From the NCBI GenBank assembly GCA_030390025.1, contig CM059431.1, forward strand, positions 99,760,001 through 99,824,000: DNA of 64,000 nucleotides, written 5' to 3'. The notes below the pieces were generated by a model. It was not told the origin of the DNA. It was given only the letters and a program-made list of their open reading frames with translations, and searched no databases. Positions 12,548 to 26,129 of the stretch are shown piece after piece; position 1 is the first letter of the stretch; each line of letters starts with the position of its first letter. A program made the position numbers and the translations under genes. This stretch comes from Squalus acanthias (taxonomy: Eukaryota).

Positions 12548-13196
12548 CCCTGGTTAGATAGACAATCTTGTGTTTACAAATGTATAATTTATTGTAATCA
12601 GCCAGGTATTCAGCGTCACATTAAAGCTTTCCATTTTCATGTATAAACATCTTAGCTGCAATACTCATCAGCATTTATCCAACACAGCCACTAACTGCCA
12701 GTAATAGAGATTATTTCAATTTAATCCATTAATATTTTTAAATATTTGTCTGTGCTGAACGATTTGTTACATTCATGTTGTACACTCCCATAAGCTTTAA
12801 TTCATAAATCATTTTGTCATCTTTATTGTGAGCTGCCTATTTAACGTTCATTTTCTTTCCTGTTGATCAACCAGTTCAAGTCAGTAAATGTTATTGAAGG
12901 AGAGTTGGGCGGAAGCAGGGCTGCAAGGCTCGTGTCTGTCTGTTTGTGTTTGTGTTTGTCCACGTGCAGACAGCCACATCTTTAGAATCGATATTATTAA
13001 CTGCACTTCCTAAACCGTAAGGGCAGAATTCGATGCAGTGGAGTTCTAGAAAAGAGAAGGCTGAGGGGTGACCCTGATAGAGGTCTTGAAGATTATGAAA
13101 GGGTTTGACAGGGTAGACGTAGAGAAGCTGTTTCCACTTGTGGGGGAGACCAAAACTAGGAACCATATATATAAGATAGTCACTAATAAATCCAAC

Positions 13197-15162
13197 AGGC
13201 CAGAGGATTGGGAAATTTTTAGAAACCAGCAAAGGACGACTAAAAAAAAATAAAGAGAGAAGATAGATTATGAGAGTAAACTAGCAAGAAATATAAAAAC
13301 AGACAGTAAGAGCTTCTACAGGTATATAAAAAGGAAGAGAGTAGCTAAAGTAAACGTCGGTCCCTTAGAGGATGAGACTGGGCAATTAATAATGGGAAAC
13401 AGGGAAATGACAGAGACTTTGAACAAATATTTTGTATCGGTCTTCACTGTAGAAGACACTAAAAGCATCCCAATAATAAATAATCAAGGGGCTAGAGGGA
13501 GGGGGGAACTTAAAACAATCACTATCACTAGAGAAAAAGTACTCGGTAAAATAATGGGACTAAAGGTGGACAAGTTACCTGGACCTGATGGCCTGCATCC
13601 TAGGGTCATAAAAGAAGTGGCTGCAGAGATAGTGGATGCATTGCTTGCAATCTACCAAAATTCCCTGGATTATGGAGAGGTCCCAGCGGATTGGAAAACC
13701 GCAAATGTAACGCCCCTATTTAAGAAAGGAGGGAGACAGAAAGCAGGAAACTATAGACCAGTTAGCCTAACATCTGTCATTGGGAAAATGCTGGAGTCTA
13801 TTATTAAGGAAGTGGTAGCAGGACATTTAGAAAATCATAATACAGTCAAGCAGAGTCAGCATGGTTTTATGAAAGGGAAATCATGTTTGACAAATTTGCT
13901 GGAGTTCTGATTTGCTGAGGATGTAATGAGCAGGGTGGATAAAGGGGAACCAGTAGATGTAGTGTATTTGGATTTCCAGAAGGCATTCGATAAGGTGCCA
14001 CATAAAAGGTTACTGCACAAGATAAGAGCGCACAGGGTTGGGGGTAATATTTTGGCATGGATAGGGGATTGGCTAACTAACAGCAAACAGAGAGTCGGAA
14101 TAAATGGGTCATTTTCCGGTTGGCAAACTGTAACTAGTGGGGTGCCACAGGGATCAGTGCTGGGGCCTCAACTATTTTCAATCTATATTAATGACTTGGA
14201 TGAAGGGACCGAGTGTAATTTAGCCAAATTTGCTGATGATACAAAGACGGGTGGGAAAGCAAGTTGTGAAGAGGACACAAAGAATCTGCAAAGGGATATA
14301 GACAGGCTAAGTGAGTGGGCAAAAATTTGGCAGATGGAGTATAATGTGGGAAAATGTGAGGTTATCCACTTTGGGAGGAAAAATAATAAAGCAAATTATT
14401 ATTTAAATGGAGAGAGATTACAAAATGCTGCAGTACAGAGGGATCTGAGGGTCCTTGTACATGAATCACAAAAAGTTAGCATGCAGGTACAGTAAGTAAT
14501 TAGGAAGGCAAATGGAATGTTGGCCTTTATTGCAAGGGGGATGGAGTATAAAAGTAGGGAAGTCCTGCTACAACTGTACAGGGCAATGGTGAGACCACAC
14601 CTGGAGTACTGCGTACAGTTTTGGTCTCCTTATTTAAGGAGGGATATACTTACATTGGAGGCAGTTCAGAGAAGGTTCACTAGGTTGATTCCTGAGATGA
14701 AGGGGTTGTCTTATGAAGAAAGATTGAGCAGGTTGGGCCTATACTCATTGGAGTTTAGAAGAATGAGAGATGATCTTATTGAAACATATAAGATGCTGAG
14801 GGGGATTGACAGGGTAGATGCTGAGAGGATGTTTCCCCTCGAGGGGGAATCTAGAACTAGGGGACATAGTTTCAGAATAAGGGGTCACCCAATTTACAAC
14901 GGAGATTAGGAGGAATTTCTTCTCTCAGAGGGTCGTGAATCTGTGGAATTCTCTTCCCCAGAGAGCTGTGGGGGCTGGGTCATTGCATATATTTAAGGTG
15001 GAGATAGACAGATTTTTGAACGATAAGGGAGTCAAGGGTTATGGGGAGCGGGCAGGGAAGTGGAGTTGAGGCCAAGATCAGATCAGCCATGATCTTATTG
15101 AATGGCAGAGCAGGCTCGACGGGCCAAGTGACCAACTCCTGCTCCTACATCTTATGTTCTTG
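13197..15162 (+). mobile_element. CR1 LINE, 5'-truncated with broken RT, inserted in an older CR1 3' fragment (13045-15400)
   Basis: ORFs 13392-13910, 13926-14495 and 14517-14909 carry NYRPVSLTS, YLDFQKAFDKVPH, GVPQGSVLGP, FADD and RPHLEYCVQFWSP. Confidence 0.92.
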
Positions 15163-15400
15163 TGTTCTTCACCCAGAGAGTGGTGAGAATGTGGAACTCG
15201 GAGTGGTTGAGGTGAATAGCAGCGATGCATTTAAGGGGAAGCTAGATAAGCACATGAGGGAGAAAGGAATAGAAGGTTATGCTGACAGGGTGAGATGAAG
15301 AGGGGTGGGAGGAGGCTCGTGTGGAGCATAAACACCGGCACAGACCAGTTGGGCCAAATGGCTTGTTTCTGTGCTGTACATTCTATGTCATTCTATGTAA

Positions 15401-15587
15401 CTCTCTCTCTTTTTCTTTCCCTCTCTCTTTCTCTCTTTCTTTCTCTCTCTCTTTCTCTCTCTCTCTTTCTCTCTTGCTGTCTCTCTCTCTCTCTCTTTCT
15501 TCTCTCTTTCTCTCTCTCTGTCTCTCTCCCTTTCTGTCTGTCTCTCTCTCTTTCTGTCTTGCTCTCTCTCTCTCTTTCTCTCTCTTT
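15401..15587. repeat. (CT)n-rich microsatellite
   Basis: Near-continuous tctc/tttc tract. Confidence 0.95.
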
Positions 15588-15954
15588 ATGTGCTTTATAT
15601 ATATTAAATTAGATTTAAGATCCTGATCATTTTGGCTTCAGAAACTACCGCAATAAAATGGTTTATCATCAGCTTGCACTCAAGGTGTGAGTTTTCGGAA
15701 CATTCACCTGCTGATGTAGTTGGCGGTTTATTATGATCACACCATCTTGACAACTGCCAAGACCGAGGCCTCGTTAGAGCAAGGCATGAGGCCAACTTCT
15801 CCTGGTGTTTCTGTAACCATACTCTGTATCCGTCTCTGACTGTCAGCATCATTGTTGTCACTGAGGCCTCATCTTTTTCTGTAGTTTATAGACTAGTTTT
15901 CAGGGCTGGTCAATAAGTTCCCTGATCGTGCTGAAAGTCTAAAGATTTTGATCT

Positions 15955-16327
15955 CATATAAGATTCTGAGAGGGATTGACAGGGTAGATGCTGAGAGGTT
16001 GTTTTCCCTGGGCTGGAGGGTCTAGAACCAGGGGTCACAGTCTCAGAATAAGGGGTCGGCCATTTAAGACTGAGATGAGGAGGAATTTCTTCACTCAGAG
16101 GGTGGTGAATCTTTGGAATTCTCTACCCCAGAGGGCTGTGGAGGCTCAGTCGTTGAGTATATTCAAGATGGAGATCGATAGATTTTTGGATATTAAGGGA
16201 ATCAAGGGATATGGGAATAGTGCAGGAAAGTGGAGATGAGGTAGAAGATCAGCCATGATCTTATTGACTGGTGAGCAGGCTCGAGGGGCCGAATGGCTGA
16301 CTCCTGCTCCTATTTCATATGTTCTTA
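15955..16327 (+). mobile_element. CR1 LINE 3' fragment
   Basis: SRTRGHSLRIRG...RRNFFTQRVVNLWNSLP followed by the tail. Confidence 0.85.
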
Positions 16328-16344
16328 AACCGGTCTCTACCATG

Positions 16345-16731
16345 TAGGGTTGCCAAGCCTCCAGGATTTCCCAGGAGTCTCCAGGAATTGAAATTAATCT
16401 CCAGGACACTGCTGAGAGCAAAAACCCCAGGAGAAAAGCCACAGACAGGGGCAATAACAAAATTGTGTTTTTTTAAAACTCTTTAAACACTTTTGTTTAC
16501 TGGTCATAAAAATATTGGACACCTGGGGAAAGGCTGTGTGACTGACTGTCAAGAATCATCCAATCGGGTGCTGACGAGTCTGTTGACTTTCTGATTGGTG
16601 GGAAGGCGGGGCGCCGCGATGATGGACGTGTCAGACAACCAGTGGCAGGAGTGTGGGGGCGGGGCGTTTGGAGGTGGGAGGTCATGTGATGAAACCTCCA
16701 GGAATACGTTCACCCCGAGTTGGCGACCCTG
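16345..16731. mobile_element. MITE with TAGGGTTGCCA-type TIRs (probably hAT)
   Basis: Ends tagggttgccaa / ttggcgaccctg; same family as 2653-3760. Confidence 0.6.
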
Positions 16732-17169
16732 AGTGCCATTGGCATTGGTTCGTCCGGTTGTTACCACAGCAACACCGGTTGCTGGTAGATTTGTCACTTT
16801 GGAGTGCGAGTGGCTCAGATAAAGTCACAGTGCAACCTTTGTCGTGCCCATATTCAAGTCCTTCCTCCAAGCCATCCTGCTCGTTTTAAGAAATAACAAT
16901 TTGTTCTGACAGAATAAAAGTAAGAAAGGTCTCCAGCACTGTCAGTAACTTTCACCATCACCACAGTGTTGACAGGAAATACAAAACGTGTAAAGATTGT
17001 CACCTTCAAAGATAAATATGATTTACAAAGACTCACAAGATGCAACACCCCATTGAAATTGGTAGACGTGAAGAGTGGGATATGAACAAAGAGGAATATA
17101 TCCTTCCAAATACATATATTAGCCCAGAAATTTTAAATTGAATTCATAATTCTCAAAATGCCATTAAAG

Positions 17170-17980
17170 GAAGACTTGCATTTCTTCAGCATCTTTCACT
17201 AACACCGGGCGTCCCAAAGCATTTTACAGCCAATGAAGTACTTTTTGAAGTGTAGTCACTGTTGTAATGTGGGAAACGCAGCAGCCAATTTGCGCACAGC
17301 AAGCTCCCACACACAGCACTGTGATGATGACCAGATAATCCGTTTTAGTGATGTTGGTTGAGGGATAAATATTGGCCCCAGGACACCGGGGATAACTTCC
17401 CTGCTCCTCTTCGAAATAGTGGCCGTGGGATCTTTTACATTCACCCTAGAGAGCAGATGGGGCCTCGATTTAACGTCTCATCGAAAGACGGCACCTCCGA
17501 CAGTGCAGCGCTCCTGCAGTACTGCACCTCCGACAGTGCAGCACTCCCTCAGCACTGCACCTCCGACAGTGCAGCACTCCCTCAGCATTGCACCTCCGAC
17601 AGTGCGGCGCTCCCTCAGTACTGCCCCTCCGACAGTGCGGCGCTCCCTCAGTACTGACCCTCCGACAGTGCGGCGCTCCCTCAGTACTGCCCCTCCGACA
17701 CTACGGCGCTCCCTCAGTACTGCCCATCCGACAGTGCGGCGCTCCCTCAGTACTGCCCCTCCGACAGTGCGGCGCTCCCTCAGTACTGCCCCTCCGACAG
17801 TGCAGCACTCCCTCAGTACTGCCCCTCCGACAGTGCGGCGCTCCCTCAGTACTGCCCCTCCGACAGTGCAGCGCTCCCTCAGTACTGCCCCTTCGACACT
17901 GCGGTGCTCCCTCAGCACTGCCCTGCAGTGTCAGCCTAGATTATAGTCCCTGGAGTGGGATTTGAACTCATGTTCTCTGG
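17170..17980 (-). mobile_element. DeuSINE with 33-bp array (17491-17928, about 13 units)
   Basis: Deu domain, tandem 33-mers and a partial head. Confidence 0.85.
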
Positions 17981-18224
17981 ATTATAAATCCAGTTACGTA
18001 CCACAACACTGCCGTACCCCTAATACTACCAGAAGTTGCAAAAACATACTTGAAGCATGACGTTGTAAAACATTGTCAAACTGGAAGTGTTAACTCTGGA
18101 TGCAAGAATGATGAGTTCAGATTAGACAAAGTTTTCGGATCATTTAGTCAATCTTTTTAATTTGTCCTTGCAATTATTAACCTGCTCAGTGAAGCGTAAA
18201 TTTGAAAGATGGAAGAAAAAGAAA

Positions 18225-18546
18225 AAGAAAAGAAAGACTTGCATTTCTCCAGCGTCTTTCGCGACCACCGGACGTCCCAAAGCGTTTTACAGTCAATTAA
18301 GTATTTTTGAAGTGTAGTCACTGATGTAATGTAGGAAACACGGCAGCCATTTGCGCACAGCAAGCTCCCACAAATAGCAATGTGATAATGAACAGATAAT
18401 CTGCTTTTAGTGATGTTGGCTGAGGGATAAGTATTGGCCCCAGGACACTGGGGAGAACTCCCCTTGTCTTTGAAATAGTGCTGCGGGATCTTTAACGTCC
18501 ACCTGAGAGAGCAGGCAGGGCCTCGGTTTAACGTCTCATCAGAAAG
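18225..18546 (-). mobile_element. DeuSINE, head-less
   Basis: Deu domain and tail only. Confidence 0.8.
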
Positions 18547-18780
18547 AAGTGAAGGGATGCATATATGAGACAATGAAATGAAGGGAAAGCGAACTTCATT
18601 GCTTAAATTCAAAACTTTTTTTAAAAGTGATAATACTTTTTGACTGTTGCTAATTATCAAGTAATGTGGAGGTGGCAAATGCCCAATTAGCACAGTGCTA
18701 TTGTTTCTTGTGCTTCGGGTGAGCTGCGTGATTTCGCTGTTCCTCATTATTTCTCGCATTGCTCTGTGGCGAGAATGGCG

Positions 18781-21375
18781 TGGCGCTCAGTGTGAGAGTG
18801 GGGCCCAGTGTGAGAGTGGGCTCAGTGTGAGAGTGGGGCTCGGTGTGAGAGTGGGGCTCAGTGTGAGAGTGGGGCTCGGTGTGAGAGTGGGGCTCAGAGT
18901 GAGAGTGGGGTTCAGTGTGAGAGTGGGGTTCAGTGTGAGAGTGGGGCTCAGAGTAAGAGTGGGGCTCAGTGTGAGAGTGGGGCTCAGAGTGAGAGTGGGG
19001 CTCAGAGTGAGAGTGGGGCTCAGTGTGAGAGTGGGGCTCAGTGTGAGAGTGGGGCTCAGTGTGGGGCTCAGTGTGAGAGTGGGGCTCAGTGTGAGAGTGG
19101 GGCTCAGTGTGAGAGTGGGGCTCAGAGTGAGAGTGGGGCTCAGTGAGAGAGTGGGGTTCAGTGTGTGAGAGTGGGGCTCAGTGTGAGAGTGGGGTTCGGT
19201 GTGAGAGTGGGGCTCAGTGTGAGAGTGGGGCCAGTGTGAGAGTGGGGTTCAGTGAGAGAGTGGGGTTCGGTGTGAGAGTGGGGTTCGGTGTGAGAGTGGG
19301 GCTCAGTGTGAGAGTGGGGCCAGTGGGAGAGTGGGGTTCAGTGAGAGAGTGGGGTTCGGTGTGAGAGTGGGGTTCAGTGTGAGAGTGGGGCTCAGAGTGA
19401 GAGTGGGGTTCAGAGTGAGAGTGGGGCTCAGAGTGAGAGTGGGGTTCAGTGTGAGAGTGGGTCAGTGTGAGAGTGGGGTTCAGAGTGAGAGTGGGGCTCA
19501 GTGTGAGAGTGGGGTTCAGAGTGAGAGTGGGGCTCAGTGTGAGAGTGGGGCTCAGTGTGAGAGTGGGGCTCGGTGTGAGAGTGGGGTTCAGTGTGAGAGT
19601 GGGGCTCAGTGTGAGAGTGGGGTTCGCTGTGAGAGTGGGGTTCGATGTGAGAGTGGGGTTCAGTGTGAGAGTGGGGCTCAGAGTGAGAGTGGGGTTTGGT
19701 GTGAGAGTGGGGTTCGGTGTGAGAGTAGGGTTCAGTGTGAGAGTGGGCTCGGTGTGTGAGTGGGGCTCAGTGTGAGAGTGGGGCTCAGTGTGAGAGTGGG
19801 GTTCAGAGTGAGAGTGGGGCTCAGTGTGAGAGTGGGGCTCAGAGTGAGAGTGGGGCTCAGTGTGAGAGTGGGGCTCAGTGTGAGAGTGGGGTCAGTGTGA
19901 GAGTGGGGTCAGGAGTGAGACTGGGGCTCCAGTGTGCAGAGTGGGGGCTCAGAGTGAGAGTGGGGCTCAGAGTGAGAGTGTGGCTCAGTGTAGAGTGGGG
20001 CTCAGATGAGGAGTGGGGCTCAGAGGTGAAGAGTGGGGTTCAGTGTGTGAGAGTGGGGTTCAGTGTGAGAGTGGGGCTCAGAGTGAGAGTGGGGCTCAGT
20101 GTGAGAGTGGGGCTCGGTGTGTGAGTGGGGCTCAGTGTGAGAGTGGGCTCAAGTGTGAGAGCGGGGCCTCGGTATGTGAGAGTGGGCTCAGTGTGTGAAA
20201 GTGGGGTACCGAGTGGTGAGAGTGGGGCTCAGTGTGAGATTTGGGGTTCAGTAGTGAGAGTGGGGCTCAGTGTGAGAGTGGGGCTCAGAGAGAGAGTGGG
20301 GCTCAGTGTGAGAGTGTGGTCAGTGCTCTTGAGAGGGGGCTCAGTGTGAGTGTGGGGTTCAGTGTGAGAGTGGGGCTCAGAGTGAGAGTGGGGGTTCAGA
20401 GTGAGAGTGAGGCTCAGTGTGAGAGTGGGGCTCAGTGTGAGAGTGGGGTTCAGAGTGAGAGTGGGGCTCAGTGTGAGAGTGGGGCTCAGAGTGAGAGTGG
20501 GGTTCAGTGTGAGAGTGGGGCTCAGTGTGAGAGTGGGGTTCAGTGTGTGAGAGTGGGGCTCAGTGCGTGAGTGGGGCTCAGTGTGAGAGTGGGGCTCAGA
20601 GTGAGAGTGGGGCTCAGTGTGAGAGTGGGGCTCAGTGTGTGAGTGGGGTTCAGTGTGAGAGTGGGGCTCAGTGTGTGAGTGGGGCTCAGTGTGAGAGTGG
20701 GGCTCAGTGTGAGAGTGGGGCTCGGTGTGTGAGTGGGGCTCAGTGTGAGAGTGGGGCTCGGTGTGTGAGTGGGGCTCAGTGCGTGTGTGGGGCTCAGTGT
20801 GAGAGTGGGGCTCGGTGTGTGAGTGGGGCTCAGTGTGAGAGTGGGGCTCAGTGTGAGAGTTGGGCTTGGTGTGTGAGTGGGGCTCAGTGTGAGAGTGGGG
20901 CTCGGTGTGAGAGTGGGGTTCAGTGTGTGAGTGGGGCTCAGTGAGAGAGTGGGGTCAGTGTGAGAGTGGGGCTCGGTGTGAGAGTGGGGTTCAGTGTGTG
21001 AGAGTGGGGCTCGGTGTGAGAGTGGGGCTCGGTGTGAGAGTGGGGTTCAGTGTGAGAGTGGGGCTCAGTGTGAGAGTGGGGCTCAGTGTGAGAGTGGGAT
21101 TCAGTGTGTGAGAGTGGGGCTCAGTGTGAGAGTGGGGCTCGGTGTGTGAGTGGGGCTCAGTGTGAGAGTGGGGCTCGGTGTGTGAGTGGGGCTCAGTGTG
21201 AGAGTGGGGCTCGGTGTGAGAGTGGGGTTCAGTGTGTGAGAGTGGGGCTCGGTGTGTGAGTGGGGCTCAGTGTGTGAGTGGGGCTCGGTGTGTGAGTGGG
21301 GCTCGGTGTGAGAGTGGGGCTCAGTGTGTGAGTGGGGCTCGGTGTGAGAGTGGGGGTCAGAGTGAGAGTGAGCCC
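18781..21375. repeat. 18-bp G-rich satellite, about 140 units
   Basis: Unit gtgtgagagtggggctca in direct tandem. Confidence 0.97.
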
Positions 21376-21944
21376 CAGTGTCAGTGCCAATATGTAAAGC
21401 AGCATGAGTTCAGTGGGATGCGGGGGAAGGTGCTTGATCGATCTACCAGAATTTTGGCTTCAAGTTGATGAATTGAATCCCCACACACAGCCTTTGTGCG
21501 AATCAGCTTTAAGCTCACTGTAGCGTGAATAACCCAGTCAACTGCTTTGAAACCAGAAAGGAGATTTACGACATTGTTCTAACAACTTCCCAACGCTATC
21601 TATTAGAGAATGCTTTCAGAATAGTGTTTTGATTATTTCACTGTTTCTTAATATTAATGGCAGAAGAATATAGAACAGGCTTTTACAGAGCTCGGAATAG
21701 TGATTTGCCTGTCCTGTGATGCCAGTCTTAATTTGTTCGGGTCTCCTCTGATCCGAATAAGGCGATTGTTCCATTTCAGCAAATCCCAGATCATATTTTC
21801 CGACAGCTGACCGACCAGATTCTTGTATGGAATAAAAAGAATTCATACTAGGTTTGCATTTATTGTGGTTAAACTATAGTCAGATAGTGTTCGGGGGCTG
21901 TGCACTGTCTGCTAATCATTGTGGCAATGTTCACTGGATTTTTT

Positions 21945-23003
21945 TAAATATTCATTCACGGGCTGTGGGCGTCGCTGGCAAGGCCGGCATTTATTGCCCA
22001 TCCCTAGTTACCCCTTGAGAAGGTGGTGGTGAGCTGCCCTCTTGAACCGCTGCAGTCCATGTGGTGAAGGTGCTCCCACAGTGCTGTTAGGGAGGGAGTT
22101 CCAGGATTTTGACCCAGCGACGATGAAGGATCGGCGATATACTTCCAAGTCAGGATGGTGTGTGACTTGGAGGGGAATTTGGAGGTGATGGTGTTCCCAT
22201 GCGCCTGCTGCCCTTGTCCTTCAAGGCGGTAGAGGGCACAGGTTTGGGAGGTGCTGCTGAAGAAGCCTTGGCGAGTTGCTGCAGTGCATCTTGTAGATGG
22301 TCCACACAGCAGCCACGGTGCACCGGTGGTGGAGGGAGTGAATGTTTAAGGTGGTGGATGGGGTGCCAATCAAGCAGGCTGGATGGTGTCGAACTTCTTG
22401 AGTGTTGTTGGAGCTGCACTCATCCAGGCAAGTGGACAGTATTCCATTACACTCCTGACTTGTGCCTTGTTGAAAGTGGAAAGGCTTTGGGGAGTCAGGA
22501 GGTGAGACACTCGCCACAGAATACCTAGCCTCTTACCTTCTCTTACAGCCACAGTATTTATGTGGCTGGTCCAGTTAAGTTTCTGGTCAATGGTGACCCC
22601 CAGGATGTTGATGGTGGGGGATTTGGAGATGGTAATGACGTTGAATGTCAAGGGGCGATGGCTAGACTTTCTCTTGTTGGAGATAGTCAGTGCCTGGCAC
22701 TTGTGTGGCGCGAATGTTACTTGTCACTTATCAGCCCAAGCCTGAATGTTGTCTAGGTCTTGCTGCATGCGGGCATGGACTGCTTTATCATCTAAGGAGT
22801 TGCGAATGGAACTGAACACTGTGCAATCATCAGCGAACATCCCCACTTCTAACCTTATGATGGAGGGAAGGTCATTGATGAAGCAGCTGAAGATGGTTGG
22901 GCCTCGGACACTGCCCTGAGGAACTCCTGCAGCGATGTCCTGGGGCTGTGATGATTGACCTCCAACCACCACAACCATCTTCCTTTGTGCTAGGTATGAC
23001 TCA
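21945..23003 (-). mobile_element. CR1-group LINE family 2, 5'-truncated with RT remnant
   Basis: AGVPQGSVRGPTIFSCFINDLP...MFADDCT, ILGVTIDQKLNW and VRSVMEYCP motifs. Confidence 0.85.
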
Positions 23004-23184
23004 AGGATCCTAATGATAGCACTTATTCATCCTGATTAGGGTTAGCTGAGGTGCTTGGAATATTATATAACACTGCTCTGCTTTAACTGGACTAACTGAG
23101 GAGCTACAGGTACAGAAAATGCTTCCAATCTAGCAAGGAATGAAGTGGAAATTCCCGCCAATTAAATATTGGGTAGACCATAGC

Positions 23185-24260
23185 CATCATCTTTGGTCCC
23201 CGCCACAAACTCCGTTCCCTAGCCAATGATTCCCCCTCCCTGGCCAGTGTCTGAGATTGAACCAGACTGTTTGCAGCCTCGGTGTCCTATCTGACCCTGA
23301 GCTGAGATTCCAACCCCATATCACAGAATCACAGAATCCCCACAGTGCAGATAGAGGCCATTTCGGCCCATCGAGCCTGCACCGACACACATATCCCACC
23401 CTATCCCCGTAACCCCACGTATTTAATCCCCCTAACACTAAGGGTCAATTTATCATAGCCAAATCAACCTAGCCCGCACATCTTTGGACTGTGGGAGGAA
23501 ACCGGAGCACCCGGAGGAAACCCATGCAGACACGGGGAGAATGTGCAAACTCCACACAGACAGTCGCCCAAGGCCGGATTCGAACCCGGGTCCCTGGCGC
23601 TGTGAGGCAACAGTGCTAACCACTATATCCTCTCGTTCACCAAGACCGCCTACTTCCACCTCCGTAACAACGCCTGACTGCACCGGCCTCAGCCCATCTG
23701 CTGCTGAAACCCATATCCGTGCCTTTGTTACCTCTACACGTGACTATTCCAACATTCTCCTGGCTGGCCTACCACCTTGTACCCTCTGTAAATTTCAACT
23801 CATCCAAAACTCGAATCCCAACCTGCTCCAAGTCCGGTTCACCCTGCGCTCGCTGACCTACATTGGCTCCCGGTCCGGCGACACCTCGCTTTTAAAATTC
23901 TCATCCCTGTGGTTCAAATCCCTCCATGGCCTCGCCCCTTCCCATCTCTGTAATCTCCTCCAGTCCTACAACTCTCCGAGAATTTTGCGCTCCTCCAATT
24001 CTGGCCTCTTGAGCATCTCTGATTTTAATCGCTCCACCATTGGCGGCCGCGCCTTCAGCTGCCTGGGCCCCGAGCTCTGGAATTCCCTCCCTAAACCTCG
24101 CCGCCTCTCTCTCCCTCCTTTAAGACGCTCCTTAAAACCGACCTCTTTTATCTCCTTTTGTGGCTCAGTGTCCAGTTTTGTTTGATAATCACTCCTGTGA
24201 AGCGCCTTGGGATTTTTTACTAGGTTAAAGACGCTGTATAAAGGCAAGATGTTGTTGTTG
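23185..24260 (+). mobile_element. L2 LINE 3' fragment interrupted by an HE1-type SINE
   Basis: RAFSCLGPELWNSLP and the L2 tail; collinear with 9460-10240. Confidence 0.82.
23322..23624 (-). mobile_element. HE1-type V-SINE
   Basis: On the - strand: tRNA-like head (B box ggttcgaatcc), V domain gtgtggagtttgcacattctccccgtgtctgc...ccggtttcctcccacagtccaaagatgtgc and a CR1-like tail; atatc duplicated at the flanks. Confidence 0.88.
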
Positions 24261-24559
24261 ATTTGGAGGATCTTCCTTGGAAAAGGAATGACAAGTACAT
24301 TGTTTTACATTGAAATTATTTCCCCCAGATAATACAAGAAATGATGCAGCGCACTTTAATGCTCAATTTTTAATTATGATTTATTAAGTTTTTTGCTCTC
24401 TTGAGAATTAATTTGAAAGTGAGGAATAACCTGTACTGATTAGCAGCAGTTTGGTTTGTGACTGCAGACTATTTATCAGTACTGAAAGTAGATTTATATT
24501 TATTAAAAGCTTTAAGAACTGATACCACGCCAGTTATTTTGCTCCAACTGTCTCAGGTA

Positions 24560-24920
24560 TCTACTATCTACCACATGCACTGCAGCAACTCGCCAAGGCT
24601 TCTTCGGCAGCACCTCCCAAACCCGCGACCTCTTCCACCTAGAAGGACAAGGGCAGCAGGCGCACGGGAACACCACCACCTCCAAGTTCCCCTCCACGTC
24701 ACACACCATCCTGACTTGGAAATATATCGACCGTTCCTTCATCGTCTCTGGCTCAAAATCCTGGAACTCCCTCCATAACAGCACTGTGGGAGTACCTTCA
24801 CCACACGGACTGCAGCGGTTCAAGAAGGCGGCTCACCACCACCTTCTCGAGGGCAACTAGGGATGGGCAATAAATGCTGGCCTTGCCAGTGACGCCCTCT
24901 TCCCGTGACTGAATAAAACA
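24560..24920 (+). mobile_element. CR1-group LINE family 2, 3' fragment
   Basis: atgcactgcagcaactcgccaagg...gggcaataaatgctgg. Confidence 0.8.
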
Positions 24921-24982
24921 AATTGGCGATGGGTGGGAGACCTGTTTGAGGTTTTTCTTTTATGTGAGTGGGCAGACAGGGC

Positions 24983-25204
24983 CTGCTCTTCTTTGAAATA
25001 AGGCCATGGGATCTTTCACGTCCACCTGAGAGAGCAGACGGGGCCTCAGTTTAATATCTCATCTGAAAGACGGCACCTCCGACAGTGCAGCACTCCCTCA
25101 GCGCTGAACTGGGAGTGTCGGCCTAGATTCTGTGCTCAGGTTGCTGGAGTGGGGACTATGAACCCACGACCTTCTGACTCAGTGGCGAGAGTGCCACCCA
25201 CTGA
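24983..25204 (-). mobile_element. DeuSINE 5' half with a single, unexpanded unit
   Basis: Partial Deu domain plus tRNA-like head. Confidence 0.75.
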
Positions 25205-26129
25205 CATTTTATTATTCATCAGAGCAATTATTACACACCTACCGCATCAACAATGTCCGCTGTCACTTTGTGTTGCAATTACATTTCGTTTTTGAACCTT
25301 CCCAGCTGTGTGCACCTGAGGTCGGCATATTTCTTCTGGCCAGCCTAGCCCGACTGGGACTTACAAAGCACGGCGGATAGTGGGGCACAAGAGCAATGCT
25401 CGAGTGCTGACCTCATGTTGCAGTCCTACTGTAGAAATAGCATCGTACAGACTCCTTTATTGCCATTGGTACGTGTTAGATACAACTGAGAAAAGAACAA
25501 AGCCTTTTCAACCTTTAAAACCTCTCGATGCGTTTGAAGAATTTTTTTAACGTTACATTTACAGCTGGTGACAGCAGAGTGAATGTACATGCAGTGTGCC
25601 CGAGCGCTAACCTTAGAATTCCTTTCAACTTGGAGTGTAATTCATTCTCGTGTTGTTGTACTTATTATACCATTAGAACAGCTCTTGTCTCTCGTTAACA
25701 GTGAAACCCTCTTCAACATGTTCGTTCAGCAGCTGACTCAAAACTAATTCTGTTCATTTCTGCCCAAGCCCGGCCACACAGTTCTGGGCGGCGTTATCAA
25801 ATATAAATCTGACATGGGCCTAGAAATTGGATATGGCCAGAAAAACGGGCCGTGCAAAGGCCTGCCGACGTTAAGCTGCGCCGGGTCAAAACGGTCTAGG
25901 CAGTGCGCAAAATTTGTGCTCAGTCCTCGTTAACATGATTACAGTCTTGATCTCAGCGCTAAAACCGCTGCTCATTGGCTTACTGCTCAACAACTGGGCC
26001 AGTATCGGGTCCAGTCTAATTCCCAGTCATGTTTGGCACAGGCTTTATTCAGTACTTAATGGGGCGGTGCACTGATGCTACAGCACCTCATTGTCAATCC
26101 ACTTACAACTTCACCTGGAAGAAGACGGC

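Noticed and set aside
18695..21468. CESGAQ / VRVGLS repeat proteins
   Set aside because: Translations of the 18-bp satellite with frequent frameshifts.
15604..21846. Short non-TE ORFs (15604-15861, 16682-16870, 21616-21846) as host exons
   Set aside because: No recognisable domain and no consistent splice-phase chain.
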